DNA of 64,000 nucleotides from Candidatus Moraniibacteriota bacterium. GTDB lineage: Bacteria; Patescibacteriota; Minisyncoccia; Moranbacterales; UBA2206. Below, piece after piece: positions 30,807-39,778 of the stretch. The notes below the pieces were generated by a model. The model was not told where the DNA came from, made no database searches, and worked only from the letters and a program-made list of their open reading frames with translations. The translations under genes were made by a program, and so were the position numbers. The stretch covers positions 85,437-149,436 of the forward strand of contig CAVZKT010000001.1 of the NCBI GenBank assembly GCA_963775955.1. Direction: 5' to 3'. The number at the start of each line of letters is the position of its first letter. Positions within the stretch are counted from its first letter, which is position 1.

Positions 30807-30889
30807 TGCCCGAGGAGAGAGTCGAACTCTCATGAGATTGCTCTCACACGATTTTGAGTCGTGCGTGTCTGCCATTCCACCACTCGGGC
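30807..30889 (-). tRNA. tRNA-Leu (anticodon CAA)
   Basis: Folded by hand. Acceptor GCCCGAG/CUCGGGC, anticodon stem CACGA/UCGUG with loop CUCAAAA, long variable arm, T arm GAGAG-UUCGACU-CUCUC, discriminator A. CCA is not encoded. Confidence 0.9.
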
Positions 30890-30920
30890 ACCATTTGTGC
30901 GGGGTAAATCTGCCAGCTTG

Positions 30921-30951
30921 CCCCGCACCAAGCTTCGCTTTGGTGCGCGGG
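30921..30951. repeat. Hairpin element P2 (CCCCGCACCAAGC-TTC-GCTTTGGTGCGCGGG)
   Basis: Same stem as 23216-23246 with the loop reverse-complemented. An additional GCGGGG (30899-30904) pairs with CCCCGC. Confidence 0.85.
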
Positions 30952-30990
30952 TTCCGCCATCTCGGCAAATATGATATACTGGAGTTAATT

Positions 30991-31780
30991 ATGGCGAAAA
31001 TTATTTCTTTAGTCAACCAAAAAGGGGGAGTAGGAAAAACCACTTCGGCGATTAATCTGGCGACGTATTTGGCGGCAGCGGGAAAATTTGTACTGTTAGT
31101 CGATCTGGATCCGCAGGGCAATGCTTCTTCCGGGCTAGGCATAGACATCCGCGGCCTTGAGAAAAATCTGTATCATTCAATGATAAATGGCGAGCATCCG
31201 AAAAATATTATTATCAAAACGGAAACTTTGGGGCATGATCTTATTCCATCGTCCCAGGATTTGGCCGGAGCGAGCATTGAACTGGTGCAAATGGAAAATC
31301 GCGAGTTCCGCCTGTATAATGTGCTCCGTGAAATCAGGACTGATTATGATTACATCATTATTGATTCGCCGCCCAGCCTGGGGCTGCTTACGATCAATGG
31401 ATTGGTAGCCAGCGACGAAGTGATAATCCCCGTGCAGACGGAATATTACGCACTGGAGGGATTGAGCCAGCTTCTGAATACCATAAATTTAGTAAAAGAA
31501 AATTTGCAGCCGGATCTCAAAGTAATGGGGGCGGTGCTGACGATGTATGACAAAAGAAACCGGCTGGCGCGCCAGGTCATCAAGGAAGTACAGGATCATT
31601 TCCCGGGGCATGTTTTTGACAGCATTGTTCCGCGCTCGGTACGACTTGGCCGAAGCTCCCGGTTTTGGCAAATCAATTTTAAACTTTGATGCTTTTTCCA
31701 AGGGTGCGCGCGCCTACAAAAATCTGGCGCGGGAGATTATTGAAATGGAAAAAGAAAATAAAAAAGATTTTTCAATTTAA
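30991..31780 (+). CDS. parA: Chromosome partitioning ATPase ParA/Soj, frame change near 31648
   Basis: MAKIISLVNQKGGVGKTT. The C-terminus AEAPGFGKSILNFD... continues in ORF 31547-31780. Extended -10 TGATATACT at 30972-30980. Confidence 0.9.
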
Positions 31781-31786
31781 AAAATC

Positions 31787-31864
31787 CTACAAAATTACAA
31801 AAAAATACAAAAGTGCAAAATTTTGTATTTTTGTAAAAATTCGTAATTTTGTAGAATGATAATT
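31787..31864. repeat. Long imperfect hairpin built from TACAAAA/TTTTGTA words between parA and parB
   Basis: CTACAAAATTAC...GTAATTTTGTAG outer arms, and AAATACAAAA...TTTTGTATTT inner arms. Confidence 0.8.
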
Positions 31865-31888
31865 TATTTTTAAAACGCAAATTTATTT

Positions 31889-32785
31889 ATGACTGCACAA
31901 AACCATGGCCTTGGCCGGGGATTATCCTCGCTCATCCCTAAAAAAACGGACTTACGCAGAACCAGTGCGGACTCGGGCGGAAATATGAACACAGAGAATG
32001 GTTCTCTGTATAAAACTGTCAACAGGACACTGGAAGTTGAAATTGTAAAAATTTCATCCAATCCCCATCAGCCGAGAATGCATTTTGATGAAGAGAAGCT
32101 CAAGGAACTGGCCGACTCTATAAAGGTGCATGGCATTATCCAGCCGATAGTCGCGACTAAAGCTAATAATGGTTACGAAATTATTGTGGGAGAGCGCCGT
32201 TTCCAGGCCGCCAAGCTGGCGGGACTTAAAACAGTGCCGATAATTGTGAGAGACGCGACGGAGCAGCAAAAACTGGAGATGGCCATTGTTGAAAATATCC
32301 AACGGCATGATTTGAATGTTATCGAGGAAGCGAAAGCCTATCAGGAACTGGCCGCGGAGTTTGATTTGAGCCAGGAAGCTATCGCGCAAAAAGTCGGCAA
32401 AAGCCGCAGCGCCGTGGCTAATAAAATCAGGCTTTTAAATTTGCCGGTGGAAATTCAAAGAGCGCTGATTAACGGGCAAATTACTGAAGGGCATGCCAAA
32501 GCGATTTTGGCGATTCCCAATTTGGAAAAACAGAGAGCGCTTTTTGAAATGATATTAAAAAGCAATTTAACGGTTCGCCAAACAGAAGATAAGACCAAAG
32601 AAATTTCCGTGCGCACTCACAAGCGCGTAATTCATATTGATCCAGAAATGAAAGAAGTAGAAAATAAATTAGTGGAAATTTTGGGAACCAGGGTCAAGGT
32701 GGTGAAATCAGGCGGCGGAGGAAAAATTGTGATTGAATATTATTCTCAGGAAGAATTAAATAATATACTTAGCAAAATTTTTTAG
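31889..32785 (+). CDS. parB: Chromosome partitioning protein ParB/Spo0J
   Basis: ISSNPHQPR, IVGERRFQAAKLAG, HTH region. Confidence 0.93.
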   Translation: MTAQNHGLGRGLSSLIPKKTDLRRTSADSGGNMNTENGSLYKTVNRTLEVEIVKISSNPHQPRMHFDEEKLKELADSIKVHGIIQPIVATKANNGYEIIVGERRFQAAKLAGLKTVPIIVRDATEQQKLEMAIVENIQRHDLNVIEEAKAYQELAAEFDLSQEAIAQKVGKSRSAVANKIRLLNLPVEIQRALINGQITEGHAKAILAIPNLEKQRALFEMILKSNLTVRQTEDKTKEISVRTHKRVIHIDPEMKEVENKLVEILGTRVKVVKSGGGGKIVIEYYSQEELNNILSKIF

Positions 32786-32788
32786 AAT

Positions 32789-32939
32789 CTGTTTGAATAG
32801 TCTCTTTCGTCGCGAAATCGTCAAATTTCAAGCGAAAAAAATGAAACGCGAGAAGGCATACTAAAGATATGGCGACGAGCGATGAATTTTTTGCAGCCGA
32901 AATTTGGAGATTGCAGCAGAATATGGACTATTCAAACAG
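32789..32939. repeat. Element with perfect 14-bp terminal inverted repeats CTGTTTGAATAGTC / GACTATTCAAACAG
   Basis: Fills the spacer between convergent parB and relA. There is an inner TCGTCGC/GCGACGA pairing. Confidence 0.8.
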
Positions 32940-32941
32940 GT

Positions 32942-34423
32942 TCACAGCACCCCTTCCCTTTTTAAAGCTTTCTTGATGTGGCTTTTAGCCAAGGTTGTGC
33001 GCACGAAGCGCAGCCAATCCTGGCTGGGTGATTTGTGCTCTTTAGTGGTGATAATTTCAATCACTTCTCCGTTTCTGATTTTATAGTCCAGAGGGACCAT
33101 TTTTCTGTTGGCTTTGGCGCCTACAGCCCGGTCTCCGATTTCGCTATGAACCTTATAGGCAAAATCAACTGGTGTGGCTTCTTCCGGAAGGTCAATAACA
33201 TCCCCATGCGGCGTAAAAGCAAAGATATGGTTTTTAAAAAAATCGATTTTTAACCCTTCAATAAATTCTTCATTGTCCTTTCCTAGTTCACCCTGCCATT
33301 CCTGAAGCTGGCGCACCCAGACTAGTTCTTCATCCGGTACTTTTTCTTTTTTGCCAAAACCAAAAAACGATTTCCACTTTTTGGATTGTTCGCTGTAAAT
33401 CCAGTGGGCGGCGATTCCAAACTCCGCTTCGTCATGCATCTTTTGAGTTCTAATCTGAACCTCCATTATTTTTCCTTCCGGTCCAAAAACTGTGGTATGA
33501 ATGGACTGGTAGCCATTGGGCTTGGGCAGTGATATGTAGTCTTTTATTCTCCCGACCAATGGGCGATATTTTTTGTGGACGATACCCAGAGTTTCATAGC
33601 AATCAGCAACTTCAGGAACAATGATTCTAATGCCGGCTAAATCATAAATTTTATTAATATCCATATCATGCCGCTGCAGTTTTAAAAAGAGCCGGTAGAT
33701 GCGCTTGGTGCGCCCGTAAATGTCGAGAACTTCAATTTTGGATTTTCCTAACTCTTTTTTAAGTTCGCCTACCATTTTTTCCAAATTCTTTTTGCGTATT
33801 CCAAATTCTTTTTCCTCCAGATTTTTTACAAGTTCGTAATTTTTCGGATCCAGGTATTTAAAAGCCAGATCTTCAAGGCGTCCTTTTATTTCTCCGATTC
33901 CCAAGCGGTTGGCGATAGGAACATAAACATCAAGAGTTTCGCGCGCAATGCGTGTTCGTTTTTCGGGCGGGAGCGCTCCCAGGGTTTCCATATTATGCAG
34001 GCGGTCAGCCAATTTTATAATCACCACGCGTATATCTTCCGCCATGGCCAAAAACATTTTGCGCAGATTTTCAAGATAAAGCTCTTCCTTGGTTCCGCGC
34101 AATTTTATTTTTCCCAGCTTTGTGACTCCATCAACCAAAAAAGCGATTTCACGGCCGAATTTATCTTCAATTTCTTTAAGGGTTACATTAGTGTCTTCGG
34201 GAATGTCATGCAAGAGTCCGACTGAAATAGTTTTTGAGCCCATGCCAATATGGGCGATGTTTAGCGCGGTATGCAGGGAATGCTGGATATATTCCTCGCC
34301 GGATTTCCTTTTTTGTCCCTTATGGGCGCGCTCGGCAAATTCAAAAGCGCTGCGAATCAGTTTTTCGCGTTCCGGCGTGTGGGCGCCCCGCAGGTTTTTT
34401 AACACGGTTTCAATGGTAATCAT
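32942..34423 (-). CDS. relA: Bifunctional (p)ppGpp synthetase/hydrolase (RelA/SpoT homologue)
   Basis: HD domain (HDIPEDT), synthetase domain (YQSIHTTV), and TGS (FTPHGDVIDLPEEATPVDFAY). Confidence 0.93.
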   Translation of the reverse strand: MITIETVLKNLRGAHTPEREKLIRSAFEFAERAHKGQKRKSGEEYIQHSLHTALNIAHIGMGSKTISVGLLHDIPEDTNVTLKEIEDKFGREIAFLVDGVTKLGKIKLRGTKEELYLENLRKMFLAMAEDIRVVIIKLADRLHNMETLGALPPEKRTRIARETLDVYVPIANRLGIGEIKGRLEDLAFKYLDPKNYELVKNLEEKEFGIRKKNLEKMVGELKKELGKSKIEVLDIYGRTKRIYRLFLKLQRHDMDINKIYDLAGIRIIVPEVADCYETLGIVHKKYRPLVGRIKDYISLPKPNGYQSIHTTVFGPEGKIMEVQIRTQKMHDEAEFGIAAHWIYSEQSKKWKSFFGFGKKEKVPDEELVWVRQLQEWQGELGKDNEEFIEGLKIDFFKNHIFAFTPHGDVIDLPEEATPVDFAYKVHSEIGDRAVGAKANRKMVPLDYKIRNGEVIEIITTKEHKSPSQDWLRFVRTTLAKSHIKKALKREGVL

Positions 34424-34428
34424 ATTTT

Positions 34429-36656
34429 TTACTTTTCAAACTTACACTCTTTGTTTGAACATTTGATTTTGCCTTTGGCGGCGAAGACAAGAAGGGACTT
34501 GCATTGCGGGCAGATTTCGCCGTTAGGTTTGTTCCAGAGCGCGAAGTCGCATTTGGGATAAGTATTGCAGCCGTAAAACAGACGGCCGCGTTTGGATTTT
34601 CGCTCAACAATATCCCCAACATTGCATTTAGGGCAAGTAATGCCCGTTTTCTTTTCAATTTTTTTAATGCCTTTGCATTGGGGATAATTGGAACAGCCGA
34701 GAAAAGTTCCAAATTTGCCGCGCTTCACCGCCATCGGCGCGCCGCAAATTTCGCAAATTTCGCCCCTATGTTCTTCATCCACTTTTTTTTCCGCGTCTGT
34801 TTTTTCCGTATGCTTGCAATTCGGATAGTTGGAGCAGGCGATGAATTTTCCAAAGCGCCCGAACTTCATGATCAAATCCCCGCCGCAATCGGGGCAGGCG
34901 CGGTCAAGTTTTTCCTGAAAATCTTCCTTTTTCACTTCTTTGGTTTTGGCCTCCAGATTTTTTTGGAAGGGCTTGTAAAATTCGCGGATTACCGGAACCC
35001 ACTTTCTTTTGCCTTCGGCAATTTCGTCAAAATCCATTTCAATGGTGGCGGTGAATTTAATATCCACTATTTCCGGAAAATGAGCGACCAAAAGATCATT
35101 GACTAAGGCGCCGATTTCCAGGGGATATAATCTTTTTTCTTCATTTTTATCGACATATTTTCTTTCAATAATAGTGGAAATTGTCGGCGCGTAAGTTGAC
35201 GGCCGGCCGATGCCGTTTTCTTCCATAACTTTTACCAGGGTGGCCTCATTGTAGCGCGGAGGCGCGGCTGTTTCTTTTTGGGCGGCCAGGATTCCGACCA
35301 AATCCAGATTTTCGCCGATTTTCATTTTTGGCAAAAGATTTTCGCCGTTGGCTTTGCCGTCCGTAGACTTTTGAGATAACCGTCAAATTTAACAGTGGAT
35401 CCATTAGCCTGCAATAAATATTTGTTTTTACCAGTAGCATCCACTTCGAGTTTTACTGAATCGAAAATTGCCGGCTGCATCTGGGAAGCAAGCATCTTTT
35501 TCCAGATGAGGCTGTATAATTTATATTCGCTTGGATCAATTTTGGCTTTCAGGTCATCCGGAGTTTTGTCGGGATAGGCCGGACGGATGGCCTCATGTGC
35601 TTCCTGGGCGCCTTTAGATTTGGTTTTATAAAATTTCGGATCAGGGAGAGCGTAATTTTTTCCGAATAACCGCGCGATGGTTTTTTGCGCGGAAAGCATT
35701 GACTCTAAAGAAAGATTCAGGCTGTCGGTGCGCATATAGGTGATATATCCTTTTTCGTAAAGTTTCTGCGCCTTGCTCATGGTGAACTTGGCGGAAAATC
35801 CCAGATTGCTGATAGCCGCCTGCTGCAGGGAAGAAGTGGTGAAAGGAGGGGAGGGATAACGCAGAGTTTCTTTTTCAGTTATATTACTGACTTTGAATTT
35901 AGCGCGCTTAAGATCGGCCACAATTTCGTCAGCCTTTTTCTGGCTGTCGATTAAAGTCTTTTTAATTTTATAATCGCCGGCGAATAATTTTAAGATTGCG
36001 GCTTGTTCAATTTTCTCACCGTTTTTTTCCGTGAGATTGGCCGTAAAATCCTGCTTTGAGCTCTGAACTTTGAACTTTGAATTTATAGCGTAGTATTTTT
36101 CAGACTTGAATTTTTCGATTTCTCTTTCTCTTTCAACGATCAGGCGCAGAGCTACCGATTGCACGCGCCCGGCGGAAAGTCCGCGGCGGATTTTTTTCCA
36201 GAGGAACGGGGAAAGTTCAAAACCGACCAGACGGTCCAAAATTCTTCTGGCTTGCTGGGCGTCCACCAGATTAAGATCAATCGCGCGCGGATTGTCTAAT
36301 GCTTTTTCAATGGCGCTTTTGGTAATTTCGTGAAAAACAATGCGCTTTGCTTCTTTGGGATTTAAATCCAAGGCTGAAACCAAATGCCAGGAAATAGCTT
36401 CTCCTTCGCGGTCTTCGTCAGTGGCGAGAATCACGTCTTCAGATTTTTTGGCCAGTTCTTTGAGTTCCTCTACTCTCTCGGCGGATTTGGCCGGAATAAC
36501 ATATTCCGGCGCAAAGTTATTCTCAATATCAATGCCCATTTTTTTGGCGGGCAGATCGCGGATATGGCCGTAGGAAGATTTAACGGTAAAAGCCTTCCCT
36601 AAAAATTTGGAAATAGTTTTGGCTTTAGTGGGGGACTCAACTATAACTAGCTTCAT
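34429..36656 (-). CDS. topA: DNA topoisomerase I, frame change near 35322-35334
   Basis: KLVIVESPTKAKTI, TOPRIM DEDREGE, and four C-terminal Cys4 zinc ribbons. Start at MKLVIVES (36656); an alternative is 36677. Confidence 0.92.
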
Positions 36657-36728
36657 GGAGCATGGAACATGGAACATGGAACAATTTTTCTTTAAATTGT
36701 TTTATGTTCTATGTTATGTGTTATGTGA
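36654..36728. repeat. Hairpin built from CATGGAA words (left) and GTTCTATG/GTTATGTG words (right)
   Basis: CATGGAGCATGGAACATGGAACATGGAAC ... GTTCTATGTTATGTGTTATGTG. It overlaps the topA start and the dprA stop. Confidence 0.75.
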
Positions 36729-37809
36729 TTATATAATTCTGTCCTCCGATATTTTTTACCCAGCCTTTTATTTCCATCAAAGCGAGCGTGGAAGAAACGG
36801 ACACTGCTCCCAGTTTAGACAGTTTGGAAATATTGTCAATATGAATGGGATCGCCGGACAAATATTTTAATAAAATTTCTTCTTCTTTATTTTCGGGAAT
36901 TTTGGGAAGCGGACTGGTTTTTTCCCGGCCTTCGTTTAAGTTTAATTCTTCCAGAATATCTTTGACGCCAGTGGCGATTTTCGCGCCCTGGCGCAAAAGA
37001 TTATTGGTGCCGGCCGATTGCGGAGAAAATATCGAACCGGGGACGGAAAAAACTTCGCGGTTATATTCCAGCGCGCAACTGGCGGTAATGAGCGTTCCAC
37101 TTTCTTCGCCCGCCTCAACGACCAAAGTTCCCAGGGATAGCCCGGCGATGATCCGGTTTCTGGCCGGAAAATTTCCCGGCAGCCCCGCCGGTGTTTCAAT
37201 TGGATAGTCTGAGATAAGCGCGCCGTTTTCCATAATCTCGCGCGCCAAATTGAAATTCACGCGCGGATAAATATTGGCATCGTCCAGGCTTCCTCCCAAA
37301 ACGGCGATTGTTTTTCCGCCGCCATCAAGCGCGCCGCGGTGGGCGATGGCGTCAATACCAATAGCCATTCCACTCACTACTGTTACGCCGGCACCGGCCA
37401 AGTCTTTGGCAAAAGAACTGGCGGCTTGCGCGCCATAAGAAGTATATTTTCTGGAACCGACAATGGAAATCATAGGACGCGCGTTCAGGTCCAAAGTTTC
37501 GTCATTTGACTTCATGTATATAATATAAGGCGGATTGGAGGTTTCTTTGAGAAGCGCAGGATAATTGGGGCTGGGAAAGGTAATCATTTTAACATTTTCT
37601 TTTTGCATTTTTTTCCACTCAGCGTCCGGGTCAATGATTTTTCTTTGCTCGCAAATCTTTTCCGCTATTTTTTCACCGACTTTGCTCGCCAAAAGCGTGT
37701 TAAAATCGGCCTGCCAGATATTTTCCGGCTCGCCGAAATAAGAAAGCAAGGCGCGCATTTTCTGCGAGCCCAGTCCCTGGATTTTATTGAGAGCGTTTAA
37801 GTATTTCAA
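36721..37809 (-). CDS. dprA: DNA processing protein DprA
   Basis: 362 aa, SGMAIGIDAIAHRGAL Rossmann-like core, C-terminal wHTH. Confidence 0.92.
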   Translation of the reverse strand: MKYLNALNKIQGLGSQKMRALLSYFGEPENIWQADFNTLLASKVGEKIAEKICEQRKIIDPDAEWKKMQKENVKMITFPSPNYPALLKETSNPPYIIYMKSNDETLDLNARPMISIVGSRKYTSYGAQAASSFAKDLAGAGVTVVSGMAIGIDAIAHRGALDGGGKTIAVLGGSLDDANIYPRVNFNLAREIMENGALISDYPIETPAGLPGNFPARNRIIAGLSLGTLVVEAGEESGTLITASCALEYNREVFSVPGSIFSPQSAGTNNLLRQGAKIATGVKDILEELNLNEGREKTSPLPKIPENKEEEILLKYLSGDPIHIDNISKLSKLGAVSVSSTLALMEIKGWVKNIGGQNYIIT

Positions 37810-37867
37810 GTTTTTTTATTGATAATTGAGGCTTGATTTTTCTCTTGTTTTATGATATCATTATCTT

Positions 37868-38116
37868 ATGAGAAAGAAAAATTTAAAACCGATTAAGTTC
37901 CGCCAGGAGCTTTTTTGGGACGTTAATCTCAAGACAATTGATCCCAAAAAACACGCTGAATATATCATCGAGCGGATTTTGGATTTTGGGAGAGATAATG
38001 AAGTGAGGTGGATGAATAAATTTTATTCAAGAGTAATTATCAAAAGAACTCTAGATGGTTCCAGGGTTTTACACAATAAGACAAGAGCTTTATGGCAACT
38101 ACTGCTAAAAAACTAG
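37868..38116 (+). CDS. Small protein paired with AbiEii-type nucleotidyltransferase (putative antitoxin/partner)
   Basis: 82 aa, overlaps the next ORF by 25 nt. No HTH recognised. Confidence 0.5.
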   Translation: MRKKNLKPIKFRQELFWDVNLKTIDPKKHAEYIIERILDFGRDNEVRWMNKFYSRVIIKRTLDGSRVLHNKTRALWQLLLKN

Positions 38117-38778
38117 AAAACACGGAATTAAAATTTGAAATCTTGCCATCAAAAACAAAAAAAGCTTTTTTGTATTGCGCGGAAAGTTTTTTCTGGTTGA
38201 ATAAGTATGGATTATATCTTGCTGGTGGAACAGCACTGGCCTTGCAGACTGGCCACAGACAATCAGTGGATCTTGATTTTTTTACAAGAAAAGATGACTT
38301 TAACAATGTATCTTTGGAAAGAAAATTATTATCTACTAAAAATTGGGAAACAACATACGCTGAAGAAGGAACGATTTACGGAAAACTAGCCGGCGCAAAA
38401 ATGAGCCTTATCGCTTATCCTTTTTTTATTCCTGCCAGGCCGTTTTTAAAATTTGGAAAGTTAAGAATTTTAGCCAAAGAAGATATCGCAGTTATGAAAA
38501 TAATCGCAATTAGCCAGAGAGGTCGTAAACGTGATTTTGTGGACTTGTATTGGTATTTTAGAAACTGTGAACCGCTTATAGATGTGCTTCGGCGGGTAAA
38601 AAAACAATATCCTCAACAGAAACACAATATGCATCATTTTTTAAAAAGTCTGGTATACTTTGACGATGCAGAAAAAGATCCGATGCCATCTCTGTTTTTT
38701 TCTGTTTCATGGAAAGAGATCAAAAGTTATTTTCAAAAAGAAATTAAGCAGGTTTCGGAATCTTTAAATTTATTATAA
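38092..38778 (+). CDS. Nucleotidyltransferase, AbiEii/AbiGii toxin family (DUF1814-like)
   Basis: LAGGTALALQTGHRQSVDLDFFT motif. Confidence 0.75.
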   Translation: MATTAKKLENTELKFEILPSKTKKAFLYCAESFFWLNKYGLYLAGGTALALQTGHRQSVDLDFFTRKDDFNNVSLERKLLSTKNWETTYAEEGTIYGKLAGAKMSLIAYPFFIPARPFLKFGKLRILAKEDIAVMKIIAISQRGRKRDFVDLYWYFRNCEPLIDVLRRVKKQYPQQKHNMHHFLKSLVYFDDAEKDPMPSLFFSVSWKEIKSYFQKEIKQVSESLNLL

Positions 38779-38817
38779 TTTTAAATCTTAGGTAAGCACC
38801 ACCTTCCTGGGCAGCGC

Positions 38818-38846
38818 TTGACAAGAGGGCTGTTTTTTGATACGCT
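38818..38846 (+). promoter_or_regulatory. Sigma70-type promoter (TTGACA-17-TACGCT)
   Basis: Hexamers at 38818-38823 and 38841-38846, in a gene-free region. Confidence 0.55.
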
Positions 38847-38852
38847 CTAATG

Positions 38853-38980
38853 TCGTTATAAAATTGGTTTTCACGGTCCCGTTCGTAAGTTTGAATGCAA
38901 GCCTCCTCCTTGGTTTGCGTTTGAGTAAGCGCAACTCAAAGTGATAATTCACCGCGGGATGCCGCTTGCGCGCGGGACCG
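38853..38980 (+). ncRNA. Candidate structured RNA (unknown class)
   Basis: 13-bp closing helix TTTCACGGTCCCG/CGGGACCGTGAAA (38869-38881 / 38963-38975). Internal hairpins are GCAAGCC-TCCTCCTT-GGTTTGC and TTTGAGT-AAGCGCA-ACTCAAA. No ORF. Confidence 0.45.
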
Positions 38981-39188
38981 TGAAAGGCAAGGGAGAAAAT
39001 AAAAAAACATTATACCAGGCAAGTATGATCATACTTTAAAATGGCATAATGCATTTTTATAAAAGCTTTTTGATCCTCCTTCGCCAAAGCTATGGAAGGA
39101 TTTCACTCAATTTATTTTTGTAGGAGTTGTTCAATTTCATTTAAGATATCAGGTGATATCTTTTTTACCCCAGCACTTTTTTGTTTTC

Positions 39189-39776
39189 TTAATTCGTATT
39201 TAGAATTAATTTTGGCAGCTCGTTTTCAATTATTTGCAAAAGTGCGGGGTAAATTTTTTCAGATTCATCTTCGGTAAATTTATCTAATACATAATCTTGT
39301 GCGCCCAACCTGCATTTTTTAGAGTCCTCGATAGAATCCTCTTTAGAGGCCTCTACTCCGATGCCGATGCGGATGCGTTTGAATTTTTGCGTGCCTAAGT
39401 TTTCAATAATATTCTCAACTCCGTGATGACCGGCGGAAGAGGAATCGGTCGCGATTTTATATTTTTCAACAGCAATGTCCAGATCGTCGTGGATGACGAT
39501 AATATCATCAGCCGTTAATTTATAAAAATCCAAAATATTTTTTACAGTGGTGCCGGAGAGATTCATATATGTTGCTGGCTTAATCAAGAGAAGTTTGTAG
39601 TTTGTAGTTTGTAGTTTGTAGTTTCCTTCGGATATTTTAGAATTAAATTTTTTATTGTATGCAAATGGAGGAAAATCCCAAAGCTCGCGCAACTTATCCG
39701 TAAAGAAAAAGCCGACATTGTGGCGGGTGTTTTCATATTCTTTGCCGGGATTACCTAAACCAAAAATTATTTTCAT
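39189..39776 (-). CDS. pth: Peptidyl-tRNA hydrolase
   Basis: MKIIFGLGNPGKEYENTRHNVGF, YMNLSG, HDDLD. Confidence 0.93.
   Translation of the reverse strand: MKIIFGLGNPGKEYENTRHNVGFFFTDKLRELWDFPPFAYNKKFNSKISEGNYKLQTTNYKLLLIKPATYMNLSGTTVKNILDFYKLTADDIIVIHDDLDIAVEKYKIATDSSSAGHHGVENIIENLGTQKFKRIRIGIGVEASKEDSIEDSKKCRLGAQDYVLDKFTEDESEKIYPALLQIIENELPKLILNTN
39592..39626. repeat. Tandem heptamer AGTTTGT x4.7 inside pth
   Basis: Read directly. Translated on the minus strand as NYKLQTTNYKL. Confidence 0.9.
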
Positions 39777-39778
39777 AA

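Noticed and set aside
30742-30990. N-terminal 83 codons of ORF 30742-31689 as part of ParA.
   Set aside because: This stretch reads through the folD terminator, the tRNA-Leu gene (opposite strand) and the P2 hairpins. The canonical ParA N-terminus MAKIISLVNQKGGVGKTT starts at 30991, behind a GGAG site.
30892-31888. Replication origin near parA-parB.
   Set aside because: Perfect DnaA boxes are dispersed (23394, 53329, 57236, plus coding-sequence hits at 23152 and 43494) rather than clustered. There is no dnaA or dnaN, and I could not identify an AT-rich unwinding element next to a box cluster.
38786-38980. SRP RNA, 6S RNA, tmRNA or RNase P identity for the structured region.
   Set aside because: I could not find the SRP helix-8 GGAA tetraloop context (neither strand folds correctly around CCAGGAAGG). 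There is no tmRNA tag-ORF or tRNA-like end, no RNase P P4 signatures, and the length is too short for 6S.
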